DNA from: a candidate division WS1 bacterium
GTDB lineage: Bacteria > Armatimonadota > Zipacnadia > Zipacnadales > Zipacnadaceae
Reading direction: 5' to 3'
NCBI GenBank assembly: GCA_012523355.1
Contig: JAAYIR010000089.1
Span: forward strand, 1-63,824
DNA length: 63,824 nt
Below the pieces are notes generated by a model that searched no databases, had not been told where the DNA came from, and worked only from the letters and a program-made list of their open reading frames with translations. Below are positions 8,922-16,138 of the stretch, piece by piece (positions within the stretch are counted from its first letter, which is position 1; every line of letters begins with the position of its first letter). Position numbers and translations under genes: made by a program.

Positions 8922-9674
8922 CTACCCCCCGGCCAATCCGGCCAGTCCTTCGCGAATCATCGAGGCTACCAGCGGGTCCAGTGCTCGCGACCTCTGCTCC
9001 TCGGGGAGCCGTGCCATCTCCTGGAGGTCCTGCTCCACGCGCCGCAAGCCGGGTGGCCGGCCCCGCGCCTGGCAAAATTCCCCGACCCGATCCACCAGGC
9101 GGGCCGCGGCGGTCACGGTGGGAGCCGCAGCCTCGCCGACGTGGTCGGCCAGATCGCGGGTGACAAAGTAGCGGAAGACACGATCGAAATCCTGCGCACA
9201 GAACTCCCCGGTGAGAACGCTGAGGTCCTGCTCAGTGGTGTAACGACCGTAACGGGCGGTCACCGTCTCGGCGGGTAGTTCGTACCAGGCAGGCGTGGGT
9301 CCCAGAGCTGCAACTACCGTGGGTGGAATGGCGTCGAGAGCCAGCGTTCCGGTGACCGAGGCGACGTGGTCGGCGCCGATCCGGTCCGCTGCCTGGCGCC
9401 GCAGCCTCCCAGCGAGATCGAGGGCAGCCGATCCCGTCTCCTGGGCGGGAACGAGTTGGCTGCGCCCCTCCGCCAGGTCCGCGCTCCCAGCCAGCACTGA
9501 GTCCAGGCAGCGCACCACCGCCGCATCGTGCAGGCGTTGGCGAGCAGCGTCATCCAACGCAGCCACGATGCGACCCACGATCTCTCCCGGGGCGGGATTG
9601 GGGGTCAGATACAATTCCCGGACGCGATCCCACTCCGCGGTGACTGGTGAGCGATGTGAGGTGGAGGTACCCAT
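8922..9674 (-). CDS. Uncharacterised 250-aa protein, candidate QatB-like partner of the QueC-like enzyme
   Basis: Long ORF in the same orientation as the QueC-like gene and immediately upstream of it. Predicted soluble, Ala/Arg/Asp-rich and helical-looking, with no motif I recognise. Begins MGTSTSH and ends GLAGLAGG-stop. Confidence 0.6.
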   Translation of the reverse strand: MGTSTSHRSPVTAEWDRVRELYLTPNPAPGEIVGRIVAALDDAARQRLHDAAVVRCLDSVLAGSADLAEGRSQLVPAQETGSAALDLAGRLRRQAADRIGADHVASVTGTLALDAIPPTVVAALGPTPAWYELPAETVTARYGRYTTEQDLSVLTGEFCAQDFDRVFRYFVTRDLADHVGEAAAPTVTAAARLVDRVGEFCQARGRPPGLRRVEQDLQEMARLPEEQRSRALDPLVASMIREGLAGLAGG

Positions 9675-9888
9675 AGACTAGACCGGCGAGCATCTCAACG
9701 TGCTCGTCATTTCGCCCCTTCCTGTTGCACAACCTTCTTACGGGTGGTATTGGTCAAGGCGGCCAACGAGGAGGCCAGCGGGAGTCAATCCTGCGCTCCC
9801 GGAAGGTAACAAGCCCGCAAACTTCACGCGCAGGAATCGCAGACCCATGCGAGGAAACTGTACACGCTCACGGAAAGGAAGCGGCAAC

Positions 9889-10686
9889 ATGGCACTCCAC
9901 CTCGGCGTCCAGACCTACGGCTGGTACGCTTACCAGCAGGAACACGAATCCACCTTCAGCTATAGACTGGTCCTGGCCGAATGTGCCAAGACCGGGTTCA
10001 GAGGGGTGGACATGACCGGAGCGTATCTGCCCCAGATGCAGGACGCGGCGGTGGTACGCGAGGTCTGCGACGGCCTCGGTGTGCGCATCGTGTGCACCGG
10101 CGTCGGGGTGGACGATCTCGAAAAGGCGCGCGTAGCGATTGAGTTCTTGCGCGCCCAGGCCGGCACAGCCTTGATGGCCGGGGGCGGCTGGGTGCCCGAG
10201 GGAGAAGATCCGGAGCAGGTCATGGACAAGCTGATACAGGACGCCAACGCCATGGCTGAGCTCTCGCGGGAGCTGGACTTCCCCATCGGTTTCCATAACC
10301 ATCTGGGGACGGTAACGGAGACACCGGAGGGCCTGGCGCGGTTCCTGGACAGCACCGAGATTGGCTGGTGTGCGGACCTCGGGCACATGGCCTCGGGCGG
10401 AGCCAAGCCGCTGGAGTTCCTGGAGCGGTACGGGAAGCGCGTGGTACACTGTCACCTGAAGGACTCGATGCTGGACGAGCAGGGCCAGCACGTGCGCTTT
10501 TGCGAGCTGGGCAAGGGCACGGCGGGGATTGACCTCGACGCCTGCCTGAAGGTACTGGTGGCCCAGGGCTTTGACGGCTGGGCGTGTGTGGAGCAGGACC
10601 AGACGACGCTGACGCCCTTTGCGGACCAAAAGTACAATCACGACTACCTGGAGGGCCTGGGTTACGGGTGGGCGCTTGAGGACTGA
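9889..10686 (+). CDS. Sugar phosphate isomerase/epimerase (xylose isomerase-like TIM barrel)
   Basis: MALHLGVQTYGWY..., a HNH...E metal-ligand-like pattern (FHNHLGTVTE, CADLGH, HCHLKD, VEQD). ATG at 9889 is preceded by GGAAAGGAAG. The ORF-track N-terminal extension was rejected. Confidence 0.85.
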   Translation: MALHLGVQTYGWYAYQQEHESTFSYRLVLAECAKTGFRGVDMTGAYLPQMQDAAVVREVCDGLGVRIVCTGVGVDDLEKARVAIEFLRAQAGTALMAGGGWVPEGEDPEQVMDKLIQDANAMAELSRELDFPIGFHNHLGTVTETPEGLARFLDSTEIGWCADLGHMASGGAKPLEFLERYGKRVVHCHLKDSMLDEQGQHVRFCELGKGTAGIDLDACLKVLVAQGFDGWACVEQDQTTLTPFADQKYNHDYLEGLGYGWALED

Positions 10687-10702
10687 ACGGAGTGTATTCT
10701 GA

Positions 10703-12436
10703 ATGAGCAAGTTTGAGAGTTTTCGTCGCGGAGAAGGAGAAGTCCCCGCCAAGCAGCAAGCCTGGCTGATCTATGGCGCCGGTATGGAGAACGTTGGCCA
10801 GGAGGGCAAGCCGGTCGAGATCCCCGTGCCGAAGTGCGGGCCGGACCAGCTCCTGGCGCGGATTGACGCCGCTGGCATCTGCTTCTCGGATATCAAGATC
10901 ATCCGCCAGGGCGGCAGCCATCCGCGGCTGTTTGGGCGGGATTTGCAGGCCGAGCCGATGATCGCCGGGCATGAGGTCTCCTGCACCATCGTGCGGGTTG
11001 GCGAGGAGCTGGCCGGGCAATACAACGTCGGCGACCGCTTCGTGGTGCAGGCCGATATCTACTTCCAGGGGAAGAATCTGGCCTTCGGTTACATGCTGCC
11101 GGGTGCCTTTGAACAATACGTAGTCTTCGGCGATGAGGTCCTGCGCGGGGATGACGGCTGCTACCTGATTCCCGTGCAGCCCGAGACCGGCTACGCGGAA
11201 GCGGCGCTGTCCGAGCCGTGGGCCTGCGTGGTCTGCGCCTATCGTACGGACTTCCGGCGAACGCTCGCCGAGGGAGGCACGGCCTGGATCATCGCAGGCG
11301 AGGGCGCGGAGGGGTACACCCTGGGCGGCCTCACGGAGGGACCGGGCCCCAAGAAGATGGTCCTGACCGGCGCGCCAGCAGACCTGTCAGCCGAGGTCAC
11401 TGCGGCGGCAGAGACGTGGGGCGCGGAGGTCGTCTGCACCGGCTCGCTGGCGGAAACCACCGTCGAGGCGGCGCAGGCCGCGCACGCTCCGGAGGGGTTT
11501 GAGGACCTGATTCTTCTGGGAACCGTCTCTCCGGAGTTGATTGAGCAGGCTTCCGCTGCGGTCGGTCGCCACGGTGTCATGGCCCTGCTGGGGCCGGCGC
11601 CCTCGCGTCCGGTGGAGATTGACCTGGGACGCATCCACTACGACTATATCCGCTATTACGGCTCCGCCGGGAAGGACGTCTCCGTCGCCTATGCGGAGAC
11701 GCGCCATCCCAACTATGAGCCCGGTGGCAAGGCCTGGATCGCGGGCGGCGGGGGGCCCATGGGCCAGATGCACGTACAAATCGCCGCTCAGGCCGCTCAG
11801 GGCCCGGCGCTGATCGTCATCAGTGACCTGGACGATGAGCGGCTGGAGCTGCTGCGGACGCGCCTAGAGCACGTGGCCGGCGAGCGGGGCCGGGAGATGG
11901 TCCTGCTCAACCCCCAGGCCCTGGGGCAGGAGGCCTTTGAAGCCAGATTGCGGGAGCTGGCTCCTAACGGCTTCGATGATCTCCATATGCTCGTGCCGGT
12001 GCCGCCGATGATCGCCGGGATGGTGCCCTGGATGGGCGAGCAGGGAGTGCTGGATATCTTCGCGGGCATTCCGCGCGGGTCCGTCGCAGCGACAGACCTG
12101 GGGCCAATCATCACCCGTGGCATACGCTTCCAGGGCACCAGCGGTTCGGCGATTGAGGACCTGGTCCAGGCGCTGCACATGACTGAGACCGGGGAAATAG
12201 ACGCTAACGCGGCGGTAGCGGCCATCGGTGGCCTGGAGGCGGTCCACGCCGGCCTGCAGGCGGTCATTGACATGCTGGTGCCGGGCAAGATTGTCATCTA
12301 CCCGCAGATCCAGGACCTGCCTCTGACGCCACTACGTGACCTGGAAGACACGCTGCCCGAGGTGGCAGCCTTGCTGGGACCGGGGGGAGTGTGGACCCGA
12401 GCGGCGGAGAAGGCGCTGATGGAGAAGCTCTTGTAG
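10703..12436 (+). CDS. Zinc-type medium-chain dehydrogenase/reductase family protein, unusually long (577 aa; sorbose-1-phosphate-reductase-like N-terminus)
   Basis: GroES-like ADH N-domain with ICFSDIKIIRQG and GHEVSCTIV motifs, then a Rossmann-like region and roughly 150-200 extra residues. Confidence 0.8.
   Translation: MSKFESFRRGEGEVPAKQQAWLIYGAGMENVGQEGKPVEIPVPKCGPDQLLARIDAAGICFSDIKIIRQGGSHPRLFGRDLQAEPMIAGHEVSCTIVRVGEELAGQYNVGDRFVVQADIYFQGKNLAFGYMLPGAFEQYVVFGDEVLRGDDGCYLIPVQPETGYAEAALSEPWACVVCAYRTDFRRTLAEGGTAWIIAGEGAEGYTLGGLTEGPGPKKMVLTGAPADLSAEVTAAAETWGAEVVCTGSLAETTVEAAQAAHAPEGFEDLILLGTVSPELIEQASAAVGRHGVMALLGPAPSRPVEIDLGRIHYDYIRYYGSAGKDVSVAYAETRHPNYEPGGKAWIAGGGGPMGQMHVQIAAQAAQGPALIVISDLDDERLELLRTRLEHVAGERGREMVLLNPQALGQEAFEARLRELAPNGFDDLHMLVPVPPMIAGMVPWMGEQGVLDIFAGIPRGSVAATDLGPIITRGIRFQGTSGSAIEDLVQALHMTETGEIDANAAVAAIGGLEAVHAGLQAVIDMLVPGKIVIYPQIQDLPLTPLRDLEDTLPEVAALLGPGGVWTRAAEKALMEKLL
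12372..12436 (+). repeat. Direct repeat copy 1 (the 3' coding end of the dehydrogenase gene)
   Basis: 33 nt (12386..12418, ggagtgtggacccgagcggcggagaaggcgctg) are identical to 13146..13178. Flanks are similar and both copies end in ggagaag...tag. Encodes LLGPGGVWTRAAEKALMEKLL-stop. Confidence 0.9.
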
Positions 12437-12465
12437 AGGTGCCGGGCGCGGCGCCATGCACAACC

Positions 12466-12495
12466 TTGACGGCCCTTTCGGACGCGTGCTATGAT
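12466..12495 (+). promoter_or_regulatory. Sigma70-like promoter of the TA cassette
   Basis: TTGACG (12466..12471), an 18-nt spacer, then TATGAT (12490..12495), 36 nt upstream of the antitoxin ATG. Confidence 0.6.
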
Positions 12496-12514
12496 GTCTA
12501 CACATCAGTAGACA
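12495..12514 (+). promoter_or_regulatory. Perfect palindrome overlapping the -10 element, putative antitoxin operator
   Basis: TGTCTAC-acatca-GTAGACA: 7-bp perfect arms with a 6-nt spacer. It begins at the last base of the -10 hexamer and precedes the GGAGGTG RBS. Confidence 0.55.
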
Positions 12515-12530
12515 TCGGAGGTGCAATTGC

Positions 12531-12779
12531 ATGCCAACGACAACTGTGCGCCTGAGTGAAGAAACCCACCGCATACTGCGCAAGTTGGCGGCGGACCAGG
12601 GAACTACCATGACGGAAGTCTTGCAGCAGGCGGTGGAACAACTGCGACGTCAGGTTATGCTGGAGCAGGCTAGTGCCCAATACGCGGCTTTACGCCAAGA
12701 CCCTAAGGCCTGGGCTGAGGTACTGGCGGAGCGAAAGCTGTTCGAGCAGGCCATAGCCGATGGGGTTGCGGAGGAGTGA
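12531..12779 (+). CDS. Ribbon-helix-helix (CopG/MazE-like) antitoxin
   Basis: 82 aa. N-terminal TTVRLSEETHRILRKLAADQGTTMTEVLQQAVEQ is a typical RHH strand-helix-helix. Its stop overlaps the toxin start (GTGA). Confidence 0.8.
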   Translation: MPTTTVRLSEETHRILRKLAADQGTTMTEVLQQAVEQLRRQVMLEQASAQYAALRQDPKAWAEVLAERKLFEQAIADGVAEE

Positions 12780-13120
12780 GCCTGTGTGCGGCAAGGGGTG
12801 AGGTCTGGTACGTTGATTTCGGCCAGACCGTCGGCCACGAACAGGCGGGACTGCGGCCCGTCGTGGTCGTCTCCGTGGACTTGTTCAACGAAAGCCCTGC
12901 GGAAATGATAGTCATTGTCCCCATCACCAGCCACCGCAGAGGCATCGTGTTGCATGTGCCTACCGAGCCTCCGGAGGGCGGGACAACCAGGCCTTCCGTC
13001 ATCATGTGCGACAACGTGCGAGCCGTCTCCAAGGAGCGCTTGGTGCGGCGTCTGGGGGCTGTTTCCAGCCACACGCTTGCCGAGGTTGAGGATCGTCTCC
13101 GCGTTCTTCTTGGTCTTTAG
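12776..13120 (+). CDS. mazF: MazF/PemK-family endoribonuclease toxin
   Basis: RGEVWYVDFGQTVGHEQAGLRPVVVVS, IVIVPITS and VIMCDNVRAVSKERL are hallmark PemK/MazF segments. The GTG start overlaps the antitoxin stop by 4 nt. Confidence 0.9.
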   Translation: MSLCAARGEVWYVDFGQTVGHEQAGLRPVVVVSVDLFNESPAEMIVIVPITSHRRGIVLHVPTEPPEGGTTRPSVIMCDNVRAVSKERLVRRLGAVSSHTLAEVEDRLRVLLGL

Positions 13121-13131
13121 CCTTCCGGCCC

Positions 13132-13196
13132 TCCTCGGCCCCGGCGGAGTGTGGACCCGAGCGGCGGAGAAGGCGCTGCTGGAGAAGAGGCTGTAG
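13132..13196 (+). repeat. Direct repeat copy 2 (a relic 3' end of the dehydrogenase gene downstream of mazF)
   Basis: 13146..13178 is identical to 12386..12418. It would encode LLGPGGVWTRAAEKALLEKRL-stop in frame, but has no upstream gene body. Confidence 0.9.
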
Positions 13197-13281
13197 AACC
13201 TAACGCCAGCACTTGGTACAGTATCCACAGCCAGGCGGGGCCTGTTTCCCCAACTTAGGAGCACTGGAGGTCAATAGATTC

Positions 13282-14079
13282 ATGGCTAACGTCTTCTCAA
13301 TCCAAGAACGAACCGCACTCATCACCGGTGGGGCGCAGGGGCTGGGGGAGCACCTGGCCGAGCGCCTCGCGCAGGAGGGCTGTGGCGTCGCCATCGCCGA
13401 CCTGCAAGCCGAACAGGGCCAGGCCCTGGCCGAACGCCTCGCGCAGGAGTATGGTGTGCCCACCCTCGGCTTGCCCATGAACGTCACCGACGCGGCGCAG
13501 GTGGCCGCGGGCTTTGACGCCGCCATCGAGAAGTTCGGACGACTGGATATCTGCGTGGCCAACGCCGGCATCCTGAAGTCCGGCCCCATCGTGGAGTTTG
13601 ACGTCAACGACTGGCGGCAGGTGCTCGAGGTGGATCTGGTGGGCTACATGATCACCGCCAAGCATGCGGTCCGCGTGATGCTCCCGCGCAAGTCTGGCTC
13701 CCTCATCCAGATCAACTCCAAGTCCGGCAAGAAGGGCAGCGCCAAGAACAGCGCGTACGCCTCCTCCAAGTTCGGCGGCATCGGCCTGACCCAGAGCCTG
13801 GCCCTGGAGTTGGCCGAGGAGGGTATCCGCGTCAACGCCGTCTGCCCCGGCAACCTCCTGGACTCCCCACTGTGGGTTAACAGCCTGTACGCGCAGTACG
13901 CGAAGCGCTGGGGCATCAGCGAGGCGGAGGTGCGGCAGCGGTATACCGACCAGGTGCCGATGAAACGGGGCTGCACGTATGAGGACGTGGCCAACGCCGT
14001 GGTCTTCCTGGCTTCCGACGCCTCCAGCTACATGACCGGTCAGGCGATCAACGTCACGGGTGGCCAGGAAATGCACTAG
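13282..14079 (+). CDS. SDR-family oxidoreductase, sorbitol-6-phosphate 2-dehydrogenase (SrlD/GutD)-like
   Basis: ITGGAQGLG cofactor motif, catalytic YASSK, and a C-terminal region similar to SrlD. ATG at 13282 follows GGAGG. Confidence 0.85.
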   Translation: MANVFSIQERTALITGGAQGLGEHLAERLAQEGCGVAIADLQAEQGQALAERLAQEYGVPTLGLPMNVTDAAQVAAGFDAAIEKFGRLDICVANAGILKSGPIVEFDVNDWRQVLEVDLVGYMITAKHAVRVMLPRKSGSLIQINSKSGKKGSAKNSAYASSKFGGIGLTQSLALELAEEGIRVNAVCPGNLLDSPLWVNSLYAQYAKRWGISEAEVRQRYTDQVPMKRGCTYEDVANAVVFLASDASSYMTGQAINVTGGQEMH

Positions 14080-14137
14080 TGGCAGTCGGAAGTGCGAAGT
14101 AGAGAAGGAACAAAAAAGAACGACAAAGGAGACGAAC

Positions 14138-14617
14138 GTGAGACTATTAGCCGCGCTCGGGATAGTGATGCTGGCCGGGACCGGAATGGCCCGGGGAGAC
14201 GACATAGTGTACTGGGCCTCACATGGCACGCAATGGCTGGCGGCAGGCACTACCATCGCCCAGCTCTGCAGCAGTAACCACGAGGACCGCGTCTTCGGGA
14301 GCCAGATGTTCCGCTCCCTGGCCTACACGCAGGCCGCGACAGAGCTGCTGAAGCTCTCCACCCAGCAGCCGAGGCCCCGGGACCGGGACGCCGACGACGG
14401 CTTCCCCTCCGGGCACGCCGCCTTTGCCTTTGCTTTTGCTGAGACGCTATCTCAGCACGACAGCCGCTGGACCATCCCCGCGTATACCCTGGCGGTGGTC
14501 ACCGGCTACCAGCGCATACGGGATGACGGTCACTATCCCCTCCAAGTGCTGGCCGGCGCCGCCCTGGGATACTTCATTTCGCAGGAGGTCGGCAAGAACC
14601 AGCGCTGGGAGTGGTGA
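14138..14617 (+). CDS. PAP2-family phosphatase, secreted or membrane-associated
   Basis: PAP2 motifs PSGHAAFAFAF and DDGHYPLQVLAGAALG, with an N-terminal signal-like LLAALGIVMLAGTGMA. GTG at 14138 follows AAAGGAGA; the start is uncertain (the ORF-track ATG is at 14060). Confidence 0.7.
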   Translation: MRLLAALGIVMLAGTGMARGDDIVYWASHGTQWLAAGTTIAQLCSSNHEDRVFGSQMFRSLAYTQAATELLKLSTQQPRPRDRDADDGFPSGHAAFAFAFAETLSQHDSRWTIPAYTLAVVTGYQRIRDDGHYPLQVLAGAALGYFISQEVGKNQRWEW

Positions 14618-14669
14618 GGCGCAGATGACAGGCGGGAGAGTTCAAGGGTAGCGCACAGACTGGTCTTCT

Positions 14670-16001
14670 TCAATATAGCCGTGGGCGCCAGGTGCGCCAG
14701 CGCCAGCGCAGGAATCTCTGCCCCGGACGCCGCGGGTCGTCCACCAGAGCCAGCAGGAGAATGATTCCTGCCACCTGCAGCCCCAGGCCGCCGAGGAAGG
14801 CCCACCGCAGCCCCATCGCATCGCCGAGCCAGCCCCAGGCCAGCGGCGCAACCAACCGCACCGGGGCCATGGCCGTGCTGAACAGCCCGTAGTAGTATCC
14901 TCTGCGCTCCTCGGTGCTCATCTCGATCATGAGGTTGACATTGGCCATCCAGTCCCCGGCCAAGCCAGCCCCGGAGAACAGAAACACCAGGTAAAACAGC
15001 CAGGCCTCCCCGCTGACCAGTGCCACTAGAGTGCTGAAGGCGCTGCACACCAGCGACCAACTGACCACTCGCCGGTAGCCCCGCCGATCGCCCAGGTGGC
15101 CAAAGAACAAGGCCATGGCCGCATACCCGAGGTTGGCTGCAATCACGAAGGCGCCTCCAACGCTCTGGGGCAGATCGAATTGCTGGATAGCGTAGACGGC
15201 GAAGAAGGCGTTGGCGGCGAAACCGAACTCAGAGATATTGCGCACCAGCAGGTAGCGGCGCAGGCGCAGGTCTTCTCGCCAGAGCACGCGCAGAGAAGGG
15301 AGCAGACCGGGTCCGGCCCTGGGTTCAGGGGGGGCCTCCACTCCCTGCCGGGGATCCTCCGGCACCTCCTCATGGACAAACAGGTACGTCTGGACCGAGA
15401 CCAGTTCCACCACACCGGCCAGCAGGAACAGGTGAGCGTAGCCGAGCGGGAAGGCCCGGGCAGCCAGCACGTGCGCAGCATACAGCCCCCCGGCCAAGCC
15501 CCCAAAACCAGCGGCCAGGTTGATCAGGCCCCCGATCAGCCCCCGCCGGTTATCACTGAACAGACGTGGGAACAGCTGCGTCCACATGGGCATCAGGAAC
15601 CCGTTTGCTGCTGAGAAGGCCGCAATCACGGCCAGCAATGTCCAGACCATGGCCCCGGGGTATGAGGCTGCCAAAGGCGCTGTCACCAAACCGGCCATGA
15701 TCCAGGCGCTACAGGGCACCACGTGTGCCAGCGCAAAGAAGACGCGCTTTCGGCGGAGGTTGCGGGTCAGGTGCGCGGAGGGAAGCTGGAGCAGCGTGTT
15801 GCCCATCAGAAAGGCCACCGGCGCCAGGCCGATGACCAGGTTCGTCGCCCCCAGTTGCTGCAGGAAGACAGTGAGGATGGGGCCGGTGGCAGTGATTGCA
15901 GTACCGAAGCCCCAAAAGAGGTCTACAGGCGCAACCAACGCGGCGTTTCGCAAGAAATAGCGCTCTTTCGCTTGGTTCTGATTGCGTAGTGAGTCGGCCA
16001 T
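14670..16001 (-). CDS. MFS transporter
   Basis: 12 predicted TM segments. The ATG at 16001 (MADSLRNQ...) was chosen over the ORF-track extension. Confidence 0.85.
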   Translation of the reverse strand: MADSLRNQNQAKERYFLRNAALVAPVDLFWGFGTAITATGPILTVFLQQLGATNLVIGLAPVAFLMGNTLLQLPSAHLTRNLRRKRVFFALAHVVPCSAWIMAGLVTAPLAASYPGAMVWTLLAVIAAFSAANGFLMPMWTQLFPRLFSDNRRGLIGGLINLAAGFGGLAGGLYAAHVLAARAFPLGYAHLFLLAGVVELVSVQTYLFVHEEVPEDPRQGVEAPPEPRAGPGLLPSLRVLWREDLRLRRYLLVRNISEFGFAANAFFAVYAIQQFDLPQSVGGAFVIAANLGYAAMALFFGHLGDRRGYRRVVSWSLVCSAFSTLVALVSGEAWLFYLVFLFSGAGLAGDWMANVNLMIEMSTEERRGYYYGLFSTAMAPVRLVAPLAWGWLGDAMGLRWAFLGGLGLQVAGIILLLALVDDPRRPGQRFLRWRWRTWRPRLY

Positions 16002-16138
16002 CGTGCTTCCTGGGGTGCGGGAATTAGCCTTGTGCCTTCCTCGGCAGGCGACGGATTCCTTCGCGCTGTGATATACTCTGCCTGCTATGGCCTGCATTCC
16101 GCCGTATTTCGGCACCCAGGTGAAGTTGGTGAACTGAC

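Noticed and set aside
9868-11116. Minus-strand ORFs of 294 and 298 aa.
   Set aside because: They are antisense to the sugar isomerase and MDR dehydrogenase genes, with no motifs and a skewed Arg/Pro/Gly composition.
12915-13196. 93-aa plus-strand ORF ending in ...LLGPGGVWTRAAEKALLEKRL.
   Set aside because: It overlaps mazF out of frame. Only its last approx. 22 codons are meaningful, as a relic copy of the dehydrogenase C-terminus. I treat it as a repeat or relic, not a gene.
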